This document shows, in pieces, positions 10,106 through 20,227 of a stretch of 64,000 bases of DNA. How positions within the stretch are numbered: position 1 is the first letter of the stretch; every line of letters starts with the position of its first letter. A program made the translations under genes and the position numbers. Below the pieces are notes generated by a model, which saw only the letters and a list, made by a program, of their open reading frames with translations, did not search any database and was not told the origin of the DNA. The DNA is taken from positions 26,253 through 90,252 of the forward strand of contig JAUSHX010000010.1 of NCBI GenBank assembly GCA_030648265.1, read 5' to 3'. The stretch is from a bacterium (GTDB lineage Bacteria > Patescibacteriota > Minisyncoccia > Phycocordibacterales > UBA2100).

Positions 10106-11506
10106 ATGTCCAGAACACTGATAAAAGATTTGCGTGACAATATCGGTAACGAGGTCACAATTTCTGGGTGGGTTTCTGTTCGCCGCAACCAGGGTAAAAT
10201 GGTCTTTTTTGATTTCCGTGATGCGACCGGCACTATTCAGGGAGTCGTCCTGCCCGCCTCCTCCGCAATGGAGGAGGCGAAAACACTGCGTACCGAATAT
10301 GTAGTTTCAGTAACAGGAGAGGTGGTGAAAAGGGGAGAAAAAAATGTCCAGCAGGGAAAGGAAAACGGCGACCTTGAACTGCGTATTGAAGGCATTGTGA
10401 CGTTAAATACCTCCGAAACCCCTCCGTTTGACGTGACATCCGACACGTCCGTCGTTGGCGAAGAAACGCGCCTTGAATACCGGTATCTTGACCTCCGCAG
10501 CGAGAGGATGCAAAAAAATATCCGCATGAGGAGCGAATTTGTACGTAGAGTCCGGGAATTCCTCTTCAGAAAATCATTCACCGAAATTGAGACTCCGCTT
10601 CTCACGGAGTCCACGCCGGAGGGCTCGCGGGATTTTGTCGTGCCGTCCCGTCTGCATCCGGGCTCCTTTTACGCGCTTCCACAGGCGCCCCAGCAATACA
10701 AGCAACTACTGATGGTTGGCGGTTTTGAGAAGTATTTCCAGATAGCGCGCGCCATGCGCGACGAAGATCTGCGCGCAGACCGCGGCTTTGAGCATTCGCA
10801 GGTGGATATTGAAATGTCCTTCGTTGAGGAAAACGATGTGATGGACCTCGTGGAGGAAATGATGATTGAGGTTTCAGAGGCGATGGGCTTTACCGTGAAG
10901 GATACGCCGTTCCCTCGATTTACCTACGCAAAAGCTATGGCGAAATTCGGCGCCGATAAATTTGACCTCCGTACGGAGGAAGAAAGGGCGCGTGGAATAC
11001 TCGCATATGCGTGGGTATACCGTTTCCCGTTCTTCGAAAAGACCGATGAGGGAACATGGACATTCACGCATAATCCTTTTTCCAAGGCGATTGATGAGCA
11101 CGCGCCACTGCTACTGAAAGGAGAAAAGATTGGCGAAATCTTAACTGGCCAATACGATCTCGTGTGCAACGGCTACGAGACCGGCGGAGGAAGTATTCGC
11201 GAACACAAACCTGAATATCTCAAAAGCGTTTACAAAATTATGGGATACACCGAATATGAGATAGAGGAGCGGGTAGGACATATGCTGAAAGCGTTTACCT
11301 ATGGTGCGCCCCCGCACGGAGGTATCGCACTGGGGATTGAGAGGATTTTGATGACGCTCACCGGAGAGAAATATCTGCGGGAGGTTCAGGCATTCCCAAT
11401 GACGCGCGGCGGCCAAACTGCCGTCATGAAAGCGCCAAAACCGCTCACGAAAGAACAACTTCTTGAACTTGGAATTAGCGTTACTAAAGCCGGAAAAAAA
11501 GCATGA
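10106..11506 (+). CDS. aspS: aspartate--tRNA ligase (short form lacking the GAD insertion domain)
   Basis: N-terminal OB fold; motif 2 FYALPQAPQQYKQLLMVGGFEKYFQIARAMRDEDLRADRGFEHSQVDIEMSF; motif 3 GGGSIR...GIERI. At 466 aa it is shorter than the roughly 590 aa bacterial type. Confidence 0.9.
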   Translation: MSRTLIKDLRDNIGNEVTISGWVSVRRNQGKMVFFDFRDATGTIQGVVLPASSAMEEAKTLRTEYVVSVTGEVVKRGEKNVQQGKENGDLELRIEGIVTLNTSETPPFDVTSDTSVVGEETRLEYRYLDLRSERMQKNIRMRSEFVRRVREFLFRKSFTEIETPLLTESTPEGSRDFVVPSRLHPGSFYALPQAPQQYKQLLMVGGFEKYFQIARAMRDEDLRADRGFEHSQVDIEMSFVEENDVMDLVEEMMIEVSEAMGFTVKDTPFPRFTYAKAMAKFGADKFDLRTEEERARGILAYAWVYRFPFFEKTDEGTWTFTHNPFSKAIDEHAPLLLKGEKIGEILTGQYDLVCNGYETGGGSIREHKPEYLKSVYKIMGYTEYEIEERVGHMLKAFTYGAPPHGGIALGIERILMTLTGEKYLREVQAFPMTRGGQTAVMKAPKPLTKEQLLELGISVTKAGKKA

Positions 11507-12240
11507 CGAGCAAATTCATCGTTGCGACCCAAAACTTCACCGGGCCGCTTGAGACCCTTTTTAATCTTATAGAAGAACGCCGGCTTTCTGTTTCCGACGT
11601 TTCTCTCGCAGAGGTGACCGACGCGTATCTTTCGTATGTGGAAAAACTTCCGTCGCTCCCCTTAGGCGAAACGGCGCAATTTGTTCTCGTTGCCTCAACA
11701 CTGCTCCTGATAAAGTCGCGCATGCTTCTGCCCTCGCTGGAGTTGTCCGAAGACGAGCGCGAGAGCGTGGAGGAACTTGAGCGGCGTCTTGCACGCTACG
11801 CCATTATTCGCAAATCCGCCAAACTCCTGCGTCGTGCGTGGGGCACGGCACCGCTCGTTTTCCCCAAACGCGCTCCGATGCCTGATCCTGTATTTTCTCC
11901 GGGGCAAATCGGTCTAACCTCTATTGTGCAGGCGATGATGCGTATGATAAACATATTGCCCAATGTCCTCCAATCCGCAAAAGTGCTTGTGTCTCCCGTT
12001 TTGGCCCTTGAAGAGGTCATTGTCCGGCTTGAGAAGCGACTGACGGGAGCCGTGCATGCCCGGTTCAGCGAATTGACACGGTCGGCCGACAGGCACGAGG
12101 TTATTGTATACTTCCTCGCAATGCTGGAACTGGTTCGCTCCGGTTCAATAAGCGCAACGCAGGAAAGGATTTTCAGCGACATCACGCTGGCGACCGAGTC
12201 GCTTATGGCGCCGAAATACGGCGCGGGGAGTAGCAGCTAG
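11503..12240 (+). CDS. scpA: segregation and condensation protein A
   Basis: ScpA N-terminal signature (LETLFNLIEERRL...DVSLAEVTDAYLSYV); followed by scpB. Confidence 0.85.
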   Translation: MTSKFIVATQNFTGPLETLFNLIEERRLSVSDVSLAEVTDAYLSYVEKLPSLPLGETAQFVLVASTLLLIKSRMLLPSLELSEDERESVEELERRLARYAIIRKSAKLLRRAWGTAPLVFPKRAPMPDPVFSPGQIGLTSIVQAMMRMINILPNVLQSAKVLVSPVLALEEVIVRLEKRLTGAVHARFSELTRSADRHEVIVYFLAMLELVRSGSISATQERIFSDITLATESLMAPKYGAGSSS

Positions 12241-12262
12241 CCACTAGGGTATAGCCACTAGC
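12233..12262 (+). repeat. intergenic repeat (family 2) between scpA and scpB
   Basis: GCTAGCCACTAGGGTATAGCCACTAGCAA: an exact copy of the atpF-atpH intergenic element. Confidence 0.7.
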
Positions 12263-12290
12263 AACTGAAATCTAGTATAGTGAAAGATTT

Positions 12291-12878
12291 ATGGAAGTAG
12301 AAACACAATCACGGACAAGCACAAATATCGTGGAATTGGCATCACAGGCCGAAGCTTTTTTGTTTACGGAAGGCGAGCCGATGGCACGAGCTCGGTTAAA
12401 AAAACTTCTTTCGTGCACAGATGAAGATCTCGCCTCGGCGCTTCTTTCTCTCTCGAGGCGGCAAGAGGGAGGCGGTGTGACGCTTGTCCTGACGGACAGG
12501 GAGGTAGCGCTGGCCGTTGCCCCTTCGTGCGCGCCGGCAATCCGTGCCGAGAACGAGAAGGAACACGAGCGCGAAATCGGAGACGCAGGGCTCGAGGTGC
12601 TTGCTATCTTGCTGTACCGTGGCCCCTCTACGCGCTCTCAAATTGATTATATTCGCGGTGTGAACACGAGTACCACCTTGCGCACGCTCCTTGCGCGCGG
12701 TCTCGCACTCCGCGCGGAAAATCCAAATGATTCGCGCGAGTACCTGTATCGGCCGACAGCTGAACTGCTCGCACACCTTGGAGCCTCAAGAATAGGGGAC
12801 TTGCCGGACTATGAAAAAATAACCGGAGAACTCGCGGCGTTTGAAACAACGAGGACGAATTCCGACGCACAGCTATGA
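12291..12878 (+). CDS. scpB: segregation and condensation protein B
   Basis: ScpB winged-helix repeats (EAFLFTEGEP..., LEVLAILLYRGPSTRSQIDYIRGV). Confidence 0.85.
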   Translation: MEVETQSRTSTNIVELASQAEAFLFTEGEPMARARLKKLLSCTDEDLASALLSLSRRQEGGGVTLVLTDREVALAVAPSCAPAIRAENEKEHEREIGDAGLEVLAILLYRGPSTRSQIDYIRGVNTSTTLRTLLARGLALRAENPNDSREYLYRPTAELLAHLGASRIGDLPDYEKITGELAAFETTRTNSDAQL

Positions 12879-13882
12879 TTGACGCGATGACGACAGGCGA
12901 GAAAGTTGAATCGGTGGTTGGGCGCGGGCTGATTCCTATCATTGCACTTTTTTTACTGTTCCTCGCGGCGATTGCGGTAGTCGTTGAACACAAGTACCCG
13001 CGTCCGATTGCACAGGCGCAACCACAGTCGCAGGCAGCATCAGCGGCCGAGACGGAGGACGCGTTCGCCGAACTGTCTCTCGTTGCAAAAGCAGCAATCG
13101 TCATTGACCTTAAAAATAACAAAACCCTATACGCCCTGAACCAGGATGCGCAACTCCCGCTGGCGTCGCTTGCAAAAGTGCCCCTCGCTCTCGTTGTGAG
13201 CGATGCCTTGCCTCCAGACACAGTGATAACGATTCCTCGCGATACGGCGCCCAAAGGAAGCGCGGAGCGCTTGGCAAAAGGCGAAAGGTGGCGCGTGCAA
13301 GACATCATTGATTTCACTCTCGTTGCCTCATCAAACGAGGGTGCGGAAATCCTTGCGAGCGCGGTCGACGAGTCAATACGAGAGAAGTACCCGAATGCGC
13401 CGGAGAATTCTGCGGCTATTTGGCGCATGAATGCGCTCGCAGAGCAACTCGGTCTTACTCGCACATACTTCCTCAACGCAAGCGGTCTTGATATCAGTAC
13501 GACTCTTTCCGGCGCATACGGTTCTGCACGAGACATTGCGGCGCTCTTTGCGTATGCCGCCACGGAACATCTTTTCATATTCAGTAAAACCGCCGATGAC
13601 GGCTTGTTATTGACGTCGGCAAACGGCAAGAATACTACCAGAGCATTCAATACCAATGAAGCGCAGGGACAGATACAGGGCATCATGATGGGAAAAACGG
13701 GCATCACGGACCTCGCAGGAGGCAATCTCGCGGTCGTTTTTGACGCGGGCTATGGGCATCCGATTGTAGCGGTGGTGCTCGGCTCAACGCGCGAGGGGCG
13801 CTTCTCGGATATGCGCCAGCTTGTGTCATATGCGAGAGTTGCGGTTGCGGAACAGAAAGAAGTTCTCGCAACTGGTCAGTAA
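12875..13882 (+). CDS. D-alanyl-D-alanine carboxypeptidase (serine-type, PBP5/6-like)
   Basis: N-terminal TM segment; SxxK (SLAK), SxN (SSNEG) and KTG (KTGIT) motifs. Confidence 0.8.
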   Translation: MIDAMTTGEKVESVVGRGLIPIIALFLLFLAAIAVVVEHKYPRPIAQAQPQSQAASAAETEDAFAELSLVAKAAIVIDLKNNKTLYALNQDAQLPLASLAKVPLALVVSDALPPDTVITIPRDTAPKGSAERLAKGERWRVQDIIDFTLVASSNEGAEILASAVDESIREKYPNAPENSAAIWRMNALAEQLGLTRTYFLNASGLDISTTLSGAYGSARDIAALFAYAATEHLFIFSKTADDGLLLTSANGKNTTRAFNTNEAQGQIQGIMMGKTGITDLAGGNLAVVFDAGYGHPIVAVVLGSTREGRFSDMRQLVSYARVAVAEQKEVLATGQ

Positions 13883-13894
13883 AGGAAGTACAAT

Positions 13895-14962
13895 GTGAAA
13901 ATGATATCAGACCTCGTACGGGTTCTTGTTCCGGCTACTACAGCTTTCGTTATCGGAATTCTCGCGACACCAATCCTCACCCATTACCTGTACAAGTACA
14001 GGGCGTGGAAAAAAAGCCCCGGGAAAACCGCGCTTGACGGCACGCAAGCTTCAGAGTTCTACCGTCTGCATGAAGAGAACGAGGTACGGGCGCCGAGGAT
14101 GGGAGGTATTGTCGTGTGGGGAAGCGTTGTGCTTACCATCATAGGAATTGCTATCGTTGCGCGATTCGTACCAAGCGCAGAAATTCTTAAATTGGATTTC
14201 CTAAGCCGCAATCAGACATGGATACCGCTCGCGGCGCTCATCGTGGGGGCGCTTGCGGGACTGATGGACGACATGATGGTCATTCGCCCAGAGAGCAGGG
14301 GAATGCCGCTGCGTCTCCGGTTGTTTATCGTCGTTGTTCTTTCTGCTTACATCGGCTGGTGGTTCTGGTCCAAACTGGGTGTTACCGCCGTAAATATTCC
14401 TTTCGGAGCGCCTTTTGAGATCGGATGGCTCATCATTCCGCTGTTTGTACTGGTGTCGCTCGCAGTGTATGCATCCGGCGTGATAGACGGAATAGACGGC
14501 TTGTCCGGAGGAGTATTCGCTTCTGTCTTTGCCTCGTATTCTCTCATTGCATTCGCGCAGAATCAAATAGACCTTTCATCTTTCTGTGCATCAGTCGTCG
14601 GCGGACTGCTTGCGTTCTTATGGTTCAATATTCCGCCCGCGAGGTTTTATATGTCTGACACGGGAACTATGGGACTTACGCTTACTATAGCGGTAATAGC
14701 GTTCATGACAGACAACCTTGGGGGCGGAGTCGGGATTTTGGTTTTGCCCATCATCGGCGGATTGCTTGTTGCAACGGTCGCCTCTGATATAGCGCAGGTT
14801 GTCTCAAAAAAGTTTCTCGGTAAGAAGCTATTTCGCATAGCGCCGCTGCACCATCACTTTGAGGCGATTGGTTGGCCAGGATACAAGGTCGTCATGCGCT
14901 ACTGGATCCTATCGGTCGTGTTCGCTTTTGCAGGAGTAATTATTGCGTTGGTTTCAATTTAG
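13895..14962 (+). CDS. mraY: phospho-N-acetylmuramoyl-pentapeptide transferase
   Basis: Polytopic membrane protein with the MraY C-terminal signature APLHHHFE..GW...V. The likely ATG is at 13901 (the ORF track gives a GTG at 13895), with TACAAT 6 nt upstream. Confidence 0.9.
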   Translation: MKMISDLVRVLVPATTAFVIGILATPILTHYLYKYRAWKKSPGKTALDGTQASEFYRLHEENEVRAPRMGGIVVWGSVVLTIIGIAIVARFVPSAEILKLDFLSRNQTWIPLAALIVGALAGLMDDMMVIRPESRGMPLRLRLFIVVVLSAYIGWWFWSKLGVTAVNIPFGAPFEIGWLIIPLFVLVSLAVYASGVIDGIDGLSGGVFASVFASYSLIAFAQNQIDLSSFCASVVGGLLAFLWFNIPPARFYMSDTGTMGLTLTIAVIAFMTDNLGGGVGILVLPIIGGLLVATVASDIAQVVSKKFLGKKLFRIAPLHHHFEAIGWPGYKVVMRYWILSVVFAFAGVIIALVSI

Positions 14963-15094
14963 AAATTGTTATGAGCAACGCGAATTACAATTTCTTAACC
15001 CTGTTAAATCCCGCCGAAGGCGTGGCGGCAAAGCCGCATTTAACAGGGTGCAAGTTGCTTCTAAGCTCGTTAACACTCGCCAAGAAGAACTAAC
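14963..15094 (+). promoter_or_regulatory. conserved leader module, copy 4, abutting the ftsW ATG
   Basis: GAAATTGTTATGAGCAACGCGAATTACAATTTCTTAACCC + hairpin TGTTAAAT...ATTTAACA + GGGTGCAAGTTGCTTCTAAGCTCG...CAAGAAGAACTAAC-ATG. It starts at the mraY stop codon. Confidence 0.75.
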
Positions 15095-16198
15095 ATGAAA
15101 AAAACTGCGCACATTGACAGACCGCTGACCTTTCTCATTTTCACGCTTCTCATCGGCGGGTGCATGATTTTCGCGTCCGCGGCGCTTGGCTATCTCGGGC
15201 GCGGAAATGGAAATGTCTCGTCAGTCGTTTTCAATCATCTTGTACTGGGAGCCGGCATTGGCGTCGTAGCACTCATCATCACGAGCATTGTGGATTACCG
15301 AGTATGGCAACGATTTGCGCCGTTTTTCTTTGTGCTGGCCATTATTGCGACTGCGTTGGTTTTTTTGCCGCAGATAGGCGTGATGCACGGCGGAGGAAAA
15401 CGCTGGATTGAATTTGCCGGAATTTCATTCCAGCCGTCGGAAACGCTGAAGCTGGGAACTGTGATAATGGCCGCGGCATATTTTTCTGCCATCCGCGCTC
15501 GCATACAATCCATGTGGTACACCATAGGCGGATTAATCGCCATCCTCGCGCTTCCGTCAGTAGTTTTAGTGCTCCAACCGGACATAGGAACACTGGGTGT
15601 CATAACCCTAGGCGCACTCGCAATATACTTCACTGCCGGCGTATCGTGGAAACACATCGCGATAATAGCATGCATCATACCAATAGTTCTTGGAGCAATC
15701 ATCATGACAAAGCCATACGTTCGCGACAGGGTAGCCACCTTCTTCTATCCGGCAAAAAACCAACAAGCTGAAGGGTATCAGATACGGCAGTCTCTCATCG
15801 CGATAGGATCCGGCGGCTTTTCGGGGCGCGGATTCGGACAAGGCGTCCAAAAATTCACGTACCTGCCGGAACCGATGGGAGATTCTATATTCGCCGTGGC
15901 CGGAGAAGAACTGGGCTTTGTCGGCAGCGCGTCTATTGTCGTGTTATTTCTTGCGTTTGCGCTCCGCGGATTTACAGTCGCTTCCCGCGCCCCCGATTTA
16001 TTCGGCGCACTCTTAGGCGTCGGGATTTCTATGTATCTTGCGAGCGAAGCTTTTATAAATATCGCCTCAATGCTTGGTGTCGCACCACTGACCGGCATAC
16101 CGCTTACATTTGTAAGCCAAGGAGGGAGTGCCATGCTCGTTTCGCTCGCAAGTGCCGGCATTCTCTTGAATATATCCAAACATTCCACCGCTCGTTAG
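15095..16198 (+). CDS. ftsW: SEDS-family peptidoglycan glycosyltransferase FtsW/RodA
   Basis: 10 TM segments; FtsW/RodA motifs (GGKRWIEF..., PSETLKL, GSGGFSGRGFGQG); lies between mraY and murG. Confidence 0.88.
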   Translation: MKKTAHIDRPLTFLIFTLLIGGCMIFASAALGYLGRGNGNVSSVVFNHLVLGAGIGVVALIITSIVDYRVWQRFAPFFFVLAIIATALVFLPQIGVMHGGGKRWIEFAGISFQPSETLKLGTVIMAAAYFSAIRARIQSMWYTIGGLIAILALPSVVLVLQPDIGTLGVITLGALAIYFTAGVSWKHIAIIACIIPIVLGAIIMTKPYVRDRVATFFYPAKNQQAEGYQIRQSLIAIGSGGFSGRGFGQGVQKFTYLPEPMGDSIFAVAGEELGFVGSASIVVLFLAFALRGFTVASRAPDLFGALLGVGISMYLASEAFINIASMLGVAPLTGIPLTFVSQGGSAMLVSLASAGILLNISKHSTAR

Positions 16199-16297
16199 CC
16201 GGAATACGGCCGCGCTTTAAAGGACGATGGCGCGGCATGCGAATTAGCAAATTCGAAACTTGGTGATTTCGCCAAAATCACGTGGTAAAATACCGTC

Positions 16298-17440
16298 ATG
16301 CGCATTGTACTCACAGGCGGAGGAACGGGAGGTCATTTTTATCCCCTAATTGCGGTGGCGGAAGCTATTGAGGACATATCAAAAGAACGAACACTGATAG
16401 AGCCGGAACTCTACTATATAGGTCCCGGCGCTTTTGATGTTGAGGCATTGCGCGAGCACGATATTATCCATATCGCAACTTCCGCGGGGAGAATGAGACG
16501 GTACGGAAGTATCCTGAACTTTTTTGATATTTTCAAAACCATTTGGGGAATACTGACCACTACCGCACGGCTTTTCAGCCTGTATCCGGACGTTGTGTTC
16601 TCAACGGGCGGCTTTGCCGCATATCCGGCATTGTTTGCGGCACGCGTGCTCGCAATTCCGGTCATCATATACGATGCGGACGCCACTCCGGGAAGAGTTT
16701 CTCTGTGGTCGGCGAAATTTGCGCTCTGGATTGCACTCGCTCATCCTGATGCCATCTCGCAATTTCCCGAACGAGTACGGGATAGGATCGCAAGAACAGG
16801 CCACCCCATACGAAAAGAGATAGAAAAGCCAACCAACGAAGGCGGGCACGAGTTCCTCAAGCTTGAATCATCCGTACCGACCATATTTGTCATGGGCGGT
16901 TCGCAAGGTTCTGTAGCAATCAACAACGTCGTTTTAAGCGCCCTGCCGGAACTGGTAAAGAAATACAACGTTGTGCATCAGGTGGGAACTGCGAATCTGG
17001 AGGAGACGGCAAAAATATCAAAACTGATATTGCGGAATTCTTTCTTTGACAAGAGGTACCGCGCGTTTGGGCTTTTGAATACGCTCGCGCTTCGAATGAC
17101 AGCGGGAATATCTTCTCTCATAGTTTCAAGGGCCGGAAGCGGCTCCATTTTTGAGATTGCTTCGTGGGGAATACCTGCAATCCTTATTCCGATACCCGAG
17201 GATATTTCGCATGACCAAAAAGAAAACGCGTATTCGTACGCGCGCTCGGGTGCCGCTGTCGTACTGGAACAGCGCAATGTGACGCCGCACCTGCTTATCG
17301 CCGAGATTGACCACATCGCAGGTAATCCTGAAATAGAAAAGAAGATGTCCGCTGCTGCGCTTGAATTCGCGCGCCCCGAAAGCGCGCGGAAGCTGGCAAC
17401 AATAATCATCGAAACAGCGCTGGAACATGAACCCCGTTAG
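16298..17440 (+). CDS. murG: undecaprenyldiphospho-muramoylpentapeptide beta-N-acetylglucosaminyltransferase
   Basis: GT28 N-terminal signature GGGTGGHFYPLIAV. TAAAAT sits 6 nt upstream of the ATG. Confidence 0.93.
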   Translation: MRIVLTGGGTGGHFYPLIAVAEAIEDISKERTLIEPELYYIGPGAFDVEALREHDIIHIATSAGRMRRYGSILNFFDIFKTIWGILTTTARLFSLYPDVVFSTGGFAAYPALFAARVLAIPVIIYDADATPGRVSLWSAKFALWIALAHPDAISQFPERVRDRIARTGHPIRKEIEKPTNEGGHEFLKLESSVPTIFVMGGSQGSVAINNVVLSALPELVKKYNVVHQVGTANLEETAKISKLILRNSFFDKRYRAFGLLNTLALRMTAGISSLIVSRAGSGSIFEIASWGIPAILIPIPEDISHDQKENAYSYARSGAAVVLEQRNVTPHLLIAEIDHIAGNPEIEKKMSAAALEFARPESARKLATIIIETALEHEPR

Positions 17441-17582
17441 AAGTCTGGACATATGCAAAAATCCTGCGAAACAATAGAGACGCCAATGACATATCGCTCG
17501 TATGTTGGGCACGTAAAAGATAATTTCTTAAATTATCTTTTACACCTGACTTCTAACGGGGGAACCCCCGGAGAGTCTCGTT

Positions 17583-18941
17583 ATGACTGAAAGAGACGTC
17601 AGGGTTCGCATTCCGCCCAGTCCGACGGGGAACTGTCACGTCGGTACCGCAAGAATGGCGATAATTAATTTCCTGTTTGCCAGAAGGCACAGCGGCACAG
17701 TTATATTTCGTAGTGAAGATACGGATAAAGAGCGCGGTAAGCAAGAATTTGAAGACGACATCGTAATCTCTCTGCATTGGCTCGGACTTGATTGGGATGA
17801 ATTCTATCGGCAATCAGAGCGCACGGATATGTACCGCGAAGCGCTCCGGTCTCTGATAGATTTGGGCAAGGCTTACGTTTCCGAAGAAGAAAGCAAAAAG
17901 GAAGCCGGACGCATGATACGCGTAGTTCGTTTGAAAAACCCAGGCACTAACGTTACATTTACCGACCTCATACGGGGCGATATAACATTTGATACGACCG
18001 AGCTTGGCGATTTTGTTATTGCGCGAAGCGTGGACGATGCGCTCTATCACTTTGCAGTCGTTGTAGATGATGCTCTAATGAAAATTACGCATGTGATTCG
18101 CGGAGACGACCATATTTCAAACACTCCGCGTCAAATTCTCATTCAGGAAGCACTAGGATTTGAGCGCCCAAAATATGCACATTATCCGCTGCTTTTGGGT
18201 GCAGACAAGTCAAAACTTTCCAAACGAACAGGGGACACTGCAGTGAGAAGTTACAAAGAAGAGGGCTATATTCCGGAAGCATTTCTTAATTACATAGCAA
18301 TACTCGGCTGGACGCCTGCGTCGCAGAGAGAAATTCTTTCACTTCCCGAAATGATAGAAGAATTTGATATCAAAGATTTGCATAAAAGCGGGGCAGTATT
18401 TGATATTGAGAAATTGCGTTGGTTCAACCGTAATTATCTTCAAAAGATTCCGGCGGAAGAATTTGGACAGGCAGCTCTCGGCATCATGGAAGAAATGGTT
18501 TCGGAACGCGGATTGAAATGGAGCTCCGGCACGGGCGCACAGCTCTACGGCATGGTCCGTGAGAGAATTTCCGTATGGAAAGACCTGCGTGTATTAATTG
18601 ATGATGGGGAATTGGACTACTTCTTTTCTGAACCAAGGTATAACACTATAGATATACCGGGGAAGAAAAGTGCTCCTGAATCAGCAATAAAACATTTGAA
18701 CTCTTTGCGGGAAATTCTTGCGAATATTTCGGAAACACAATTCAGAAATCAGGAAACAATAAAAGCATCGGTCTGGAATTACGCGACGAAAGAGGGGACT
18801 GGGGCGGTTTTGTGGCCGTTCCGGTATGCTCTCTCTGGACTAGCCCGTTCGCCGGACCCGTTTTTCATCGCCTCCGTCCTCGGCAAAGAGTGTGTTATTA
18901 AACGCGTGGCGTCGGCAATTAGAGCACTCTCTGCGGTATGA
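17583..18941 (+). CDS. gltX: glutamate--tRNA ligase
   Basis: RVRIPPSPTGNCHVGTAR (HIGH region) and KLSKR (KMSKS); GluRS catalytic core. Confidence 0.92.
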   Translation: MTERDVRVRIPPSPTGNCHVGTARMAIINFLFARRHSGTVIFRSEDTDKERGKQEFEDDIVISLHWLGLDWDEFYRQSERTDMYREALRSLIDLGKAYVSEEESKKEAGRMIRVVRLKNPGTNVTFTDLIRGDITFDTTELGDFVIARSVDDALYHFAVVVDDALMKITHVIRGDDHISNTPRQILIQEALGFERPKYAHYPLLLGADKSKLSKRTGDTAVRSYKEEGYIPEAFLNYIAILGWTPASQREILSLPEMIEEFDIKDLHKSGAVFDIEKLRWFNRNYLQKIPAEEFGQAALGIMEEMVSERGLKWSSGTGAQLYGMVRERISVWKDLRVLIDDGELDYFFSEPRYNTIDIPGKKSAPESAIKHLNSLREILANISETQFRNQETIKASVWNYATKEGTGAVLWPFRYALSGLARSPDPFFIASVLGKECVIKRVASAIRALSAV

Positions 18942-20218
18942 CGGTGGGTTTTGCCAAATATGCCGCGTCTGTGGCCATCGCGTTAATCGTCGTACCGGGC
19001 TTGGTCTTTGCTCAATCAACCGACGAATTGCAAAAACAGATAGATGAGCACAATTCACAGATTACAACGCTCAATAAAGAGATAGCACAATACCAGGCAC
19101 AGCTGGACACGACGTCCCAAAAGAAACAGACGCTCCAGAATGTATTGTCGCAATTGGATATCTCGCGAAAAAAGATTACCGCTTCAATTACGGTAACGAA
19201 AAAACAGATCAGTTCCACTCAACTGCAAATCCAGCAACTTGCCAGCGGCATTCACAGCAAGGAAGCTTCCATCAGCGGATACCAGGCATCTCTCGGGGAA
19301 TCACTCCGGGGGCTTAATCAGACAGAGATAGTACCGTTTGCGGAATCATTGCTTTCCACTGATTCAATTTCAGATGCATGGGGTGACGCGGAAGCTATTT
19401 CCCAGCTTCAGACAGCAGTACGGGACGATATCGCGCGCCTTGCAGGCGAAAAAGCATCCCTGTCAAAAACAAAGACAACCGCCGAGCAAAAACGCGAGCA
19501 ATTGCTAAAACAGCAGAAGACGCTCGTCGTACAGCAAGGTTCTCTTGATGCGACGGTCAAGGCGCAAAAAGAGCTTCTGGCACAAACCAAAGCCCAGGAA
19601 TCCACGTACCAAAACATCATTGCGCAAAAAATGGCGCAAGAAGCCGCGTTTGAACAGGCCTTGAGCGACCTGCAGTCAAAATTACAGTACACGGTCAGCC
19701 AGGCGGATATCTTGAAAGCCGGAAAAGGAATCATAAGGTGGCCATTGGATGCAGTCAGGATTACTCAACATTTTGGAAATACGGCTTTCGCTAGAGCCGG
19801 CGCATACAACGGCAAAGGTCATAACGGCATTGACCTTGCTGCACAAATCGGGACGCCCGTCAAAGCGGCGTTATCCGGCGTCGTCGTTGGCACTGGCAAC
19901 ACCGATTCTGTGAGAGGATGCTATTCCTTCGGCAAATGGGTGCTTATAAAACACAACAATGGACTTGATACTATTTACGCCCACCTTTCGCAAATCGGCA
20001 TCTCGGCCGGGCAATCCGTTGCAACAGGACAAGTGATAGGGTATAGCGGACAAACAGGATACGCTACCGGCCCGCATCTGCATTTTGGCGTGTACGTATC
20101 TTCCGCGACGCAAGTTATGAAATTGGGAGATGCAACGAACAAGAAAACTCCATGCTACAGCGCCGTAATGCCAATTGCGCCTCTGTCCGCTTATTTGAAT
20201 CCGGAGAACTACCTCTAG
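18938..20218 (+). CDS. M23-family peptidase with N-terminal coiled-coil (EnvC-like murein hydrolase activator/endopeptidase)
   Basis: Signal/TM segment, a long Q-rich coiled coil, and a C-terminal LytM domain (GHNGIDLAA...HLHFGVY). Confidence 0.85.
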   Translation: MTVGFAKYAASVAIALIVVPGLVFAQSTDELQKQIDEHNSQITTLNKEIAQYQAQLDTTSQKKQTLQNVLSQLDISRKKITASITVTKKQISSTQLQIQQLASGIHSKEASISGYQASLGESLRGLNQTEIVPFAESLLSTDSISDAWGDAEAISQLQTAVRDDIARLAGEKASLSKTKTTAEQKREQLLKQQKTLVVQQGSLDATVKAQKELLAQTKAQESTYQNIIAQKMAQEAAFEQALSDLQSKLQYTVSQADILKAGKGIIRWPLDAVRITQHFGNTAFARAGAYNGKGHNGIDLAAQIGTPVKAALSGVVVGTGNTDSVRGCYSFGKWVLIKHNNGLDTIYAHLSQIGISAGQSVATGQVIGYSGQTGYATGPHLHFGVYVSSATQVMKLGDATNKKTPCYSAVMPIAPLSAYLNPENYL

Positions 20219-20227
20219 GCAGAGTTG

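Noticed and set aside
16199-16297. A ninth, degenerate copy of the leader module upstream of murG
   Set aside because: It shares GCGAATTAGCAAATT and a short hairpin (GTGATTT/AAATCAC) but lacks the GTAAGAG...TTCTAA...CTAAC-ATG 3' box. The resemblance is too weak to call.
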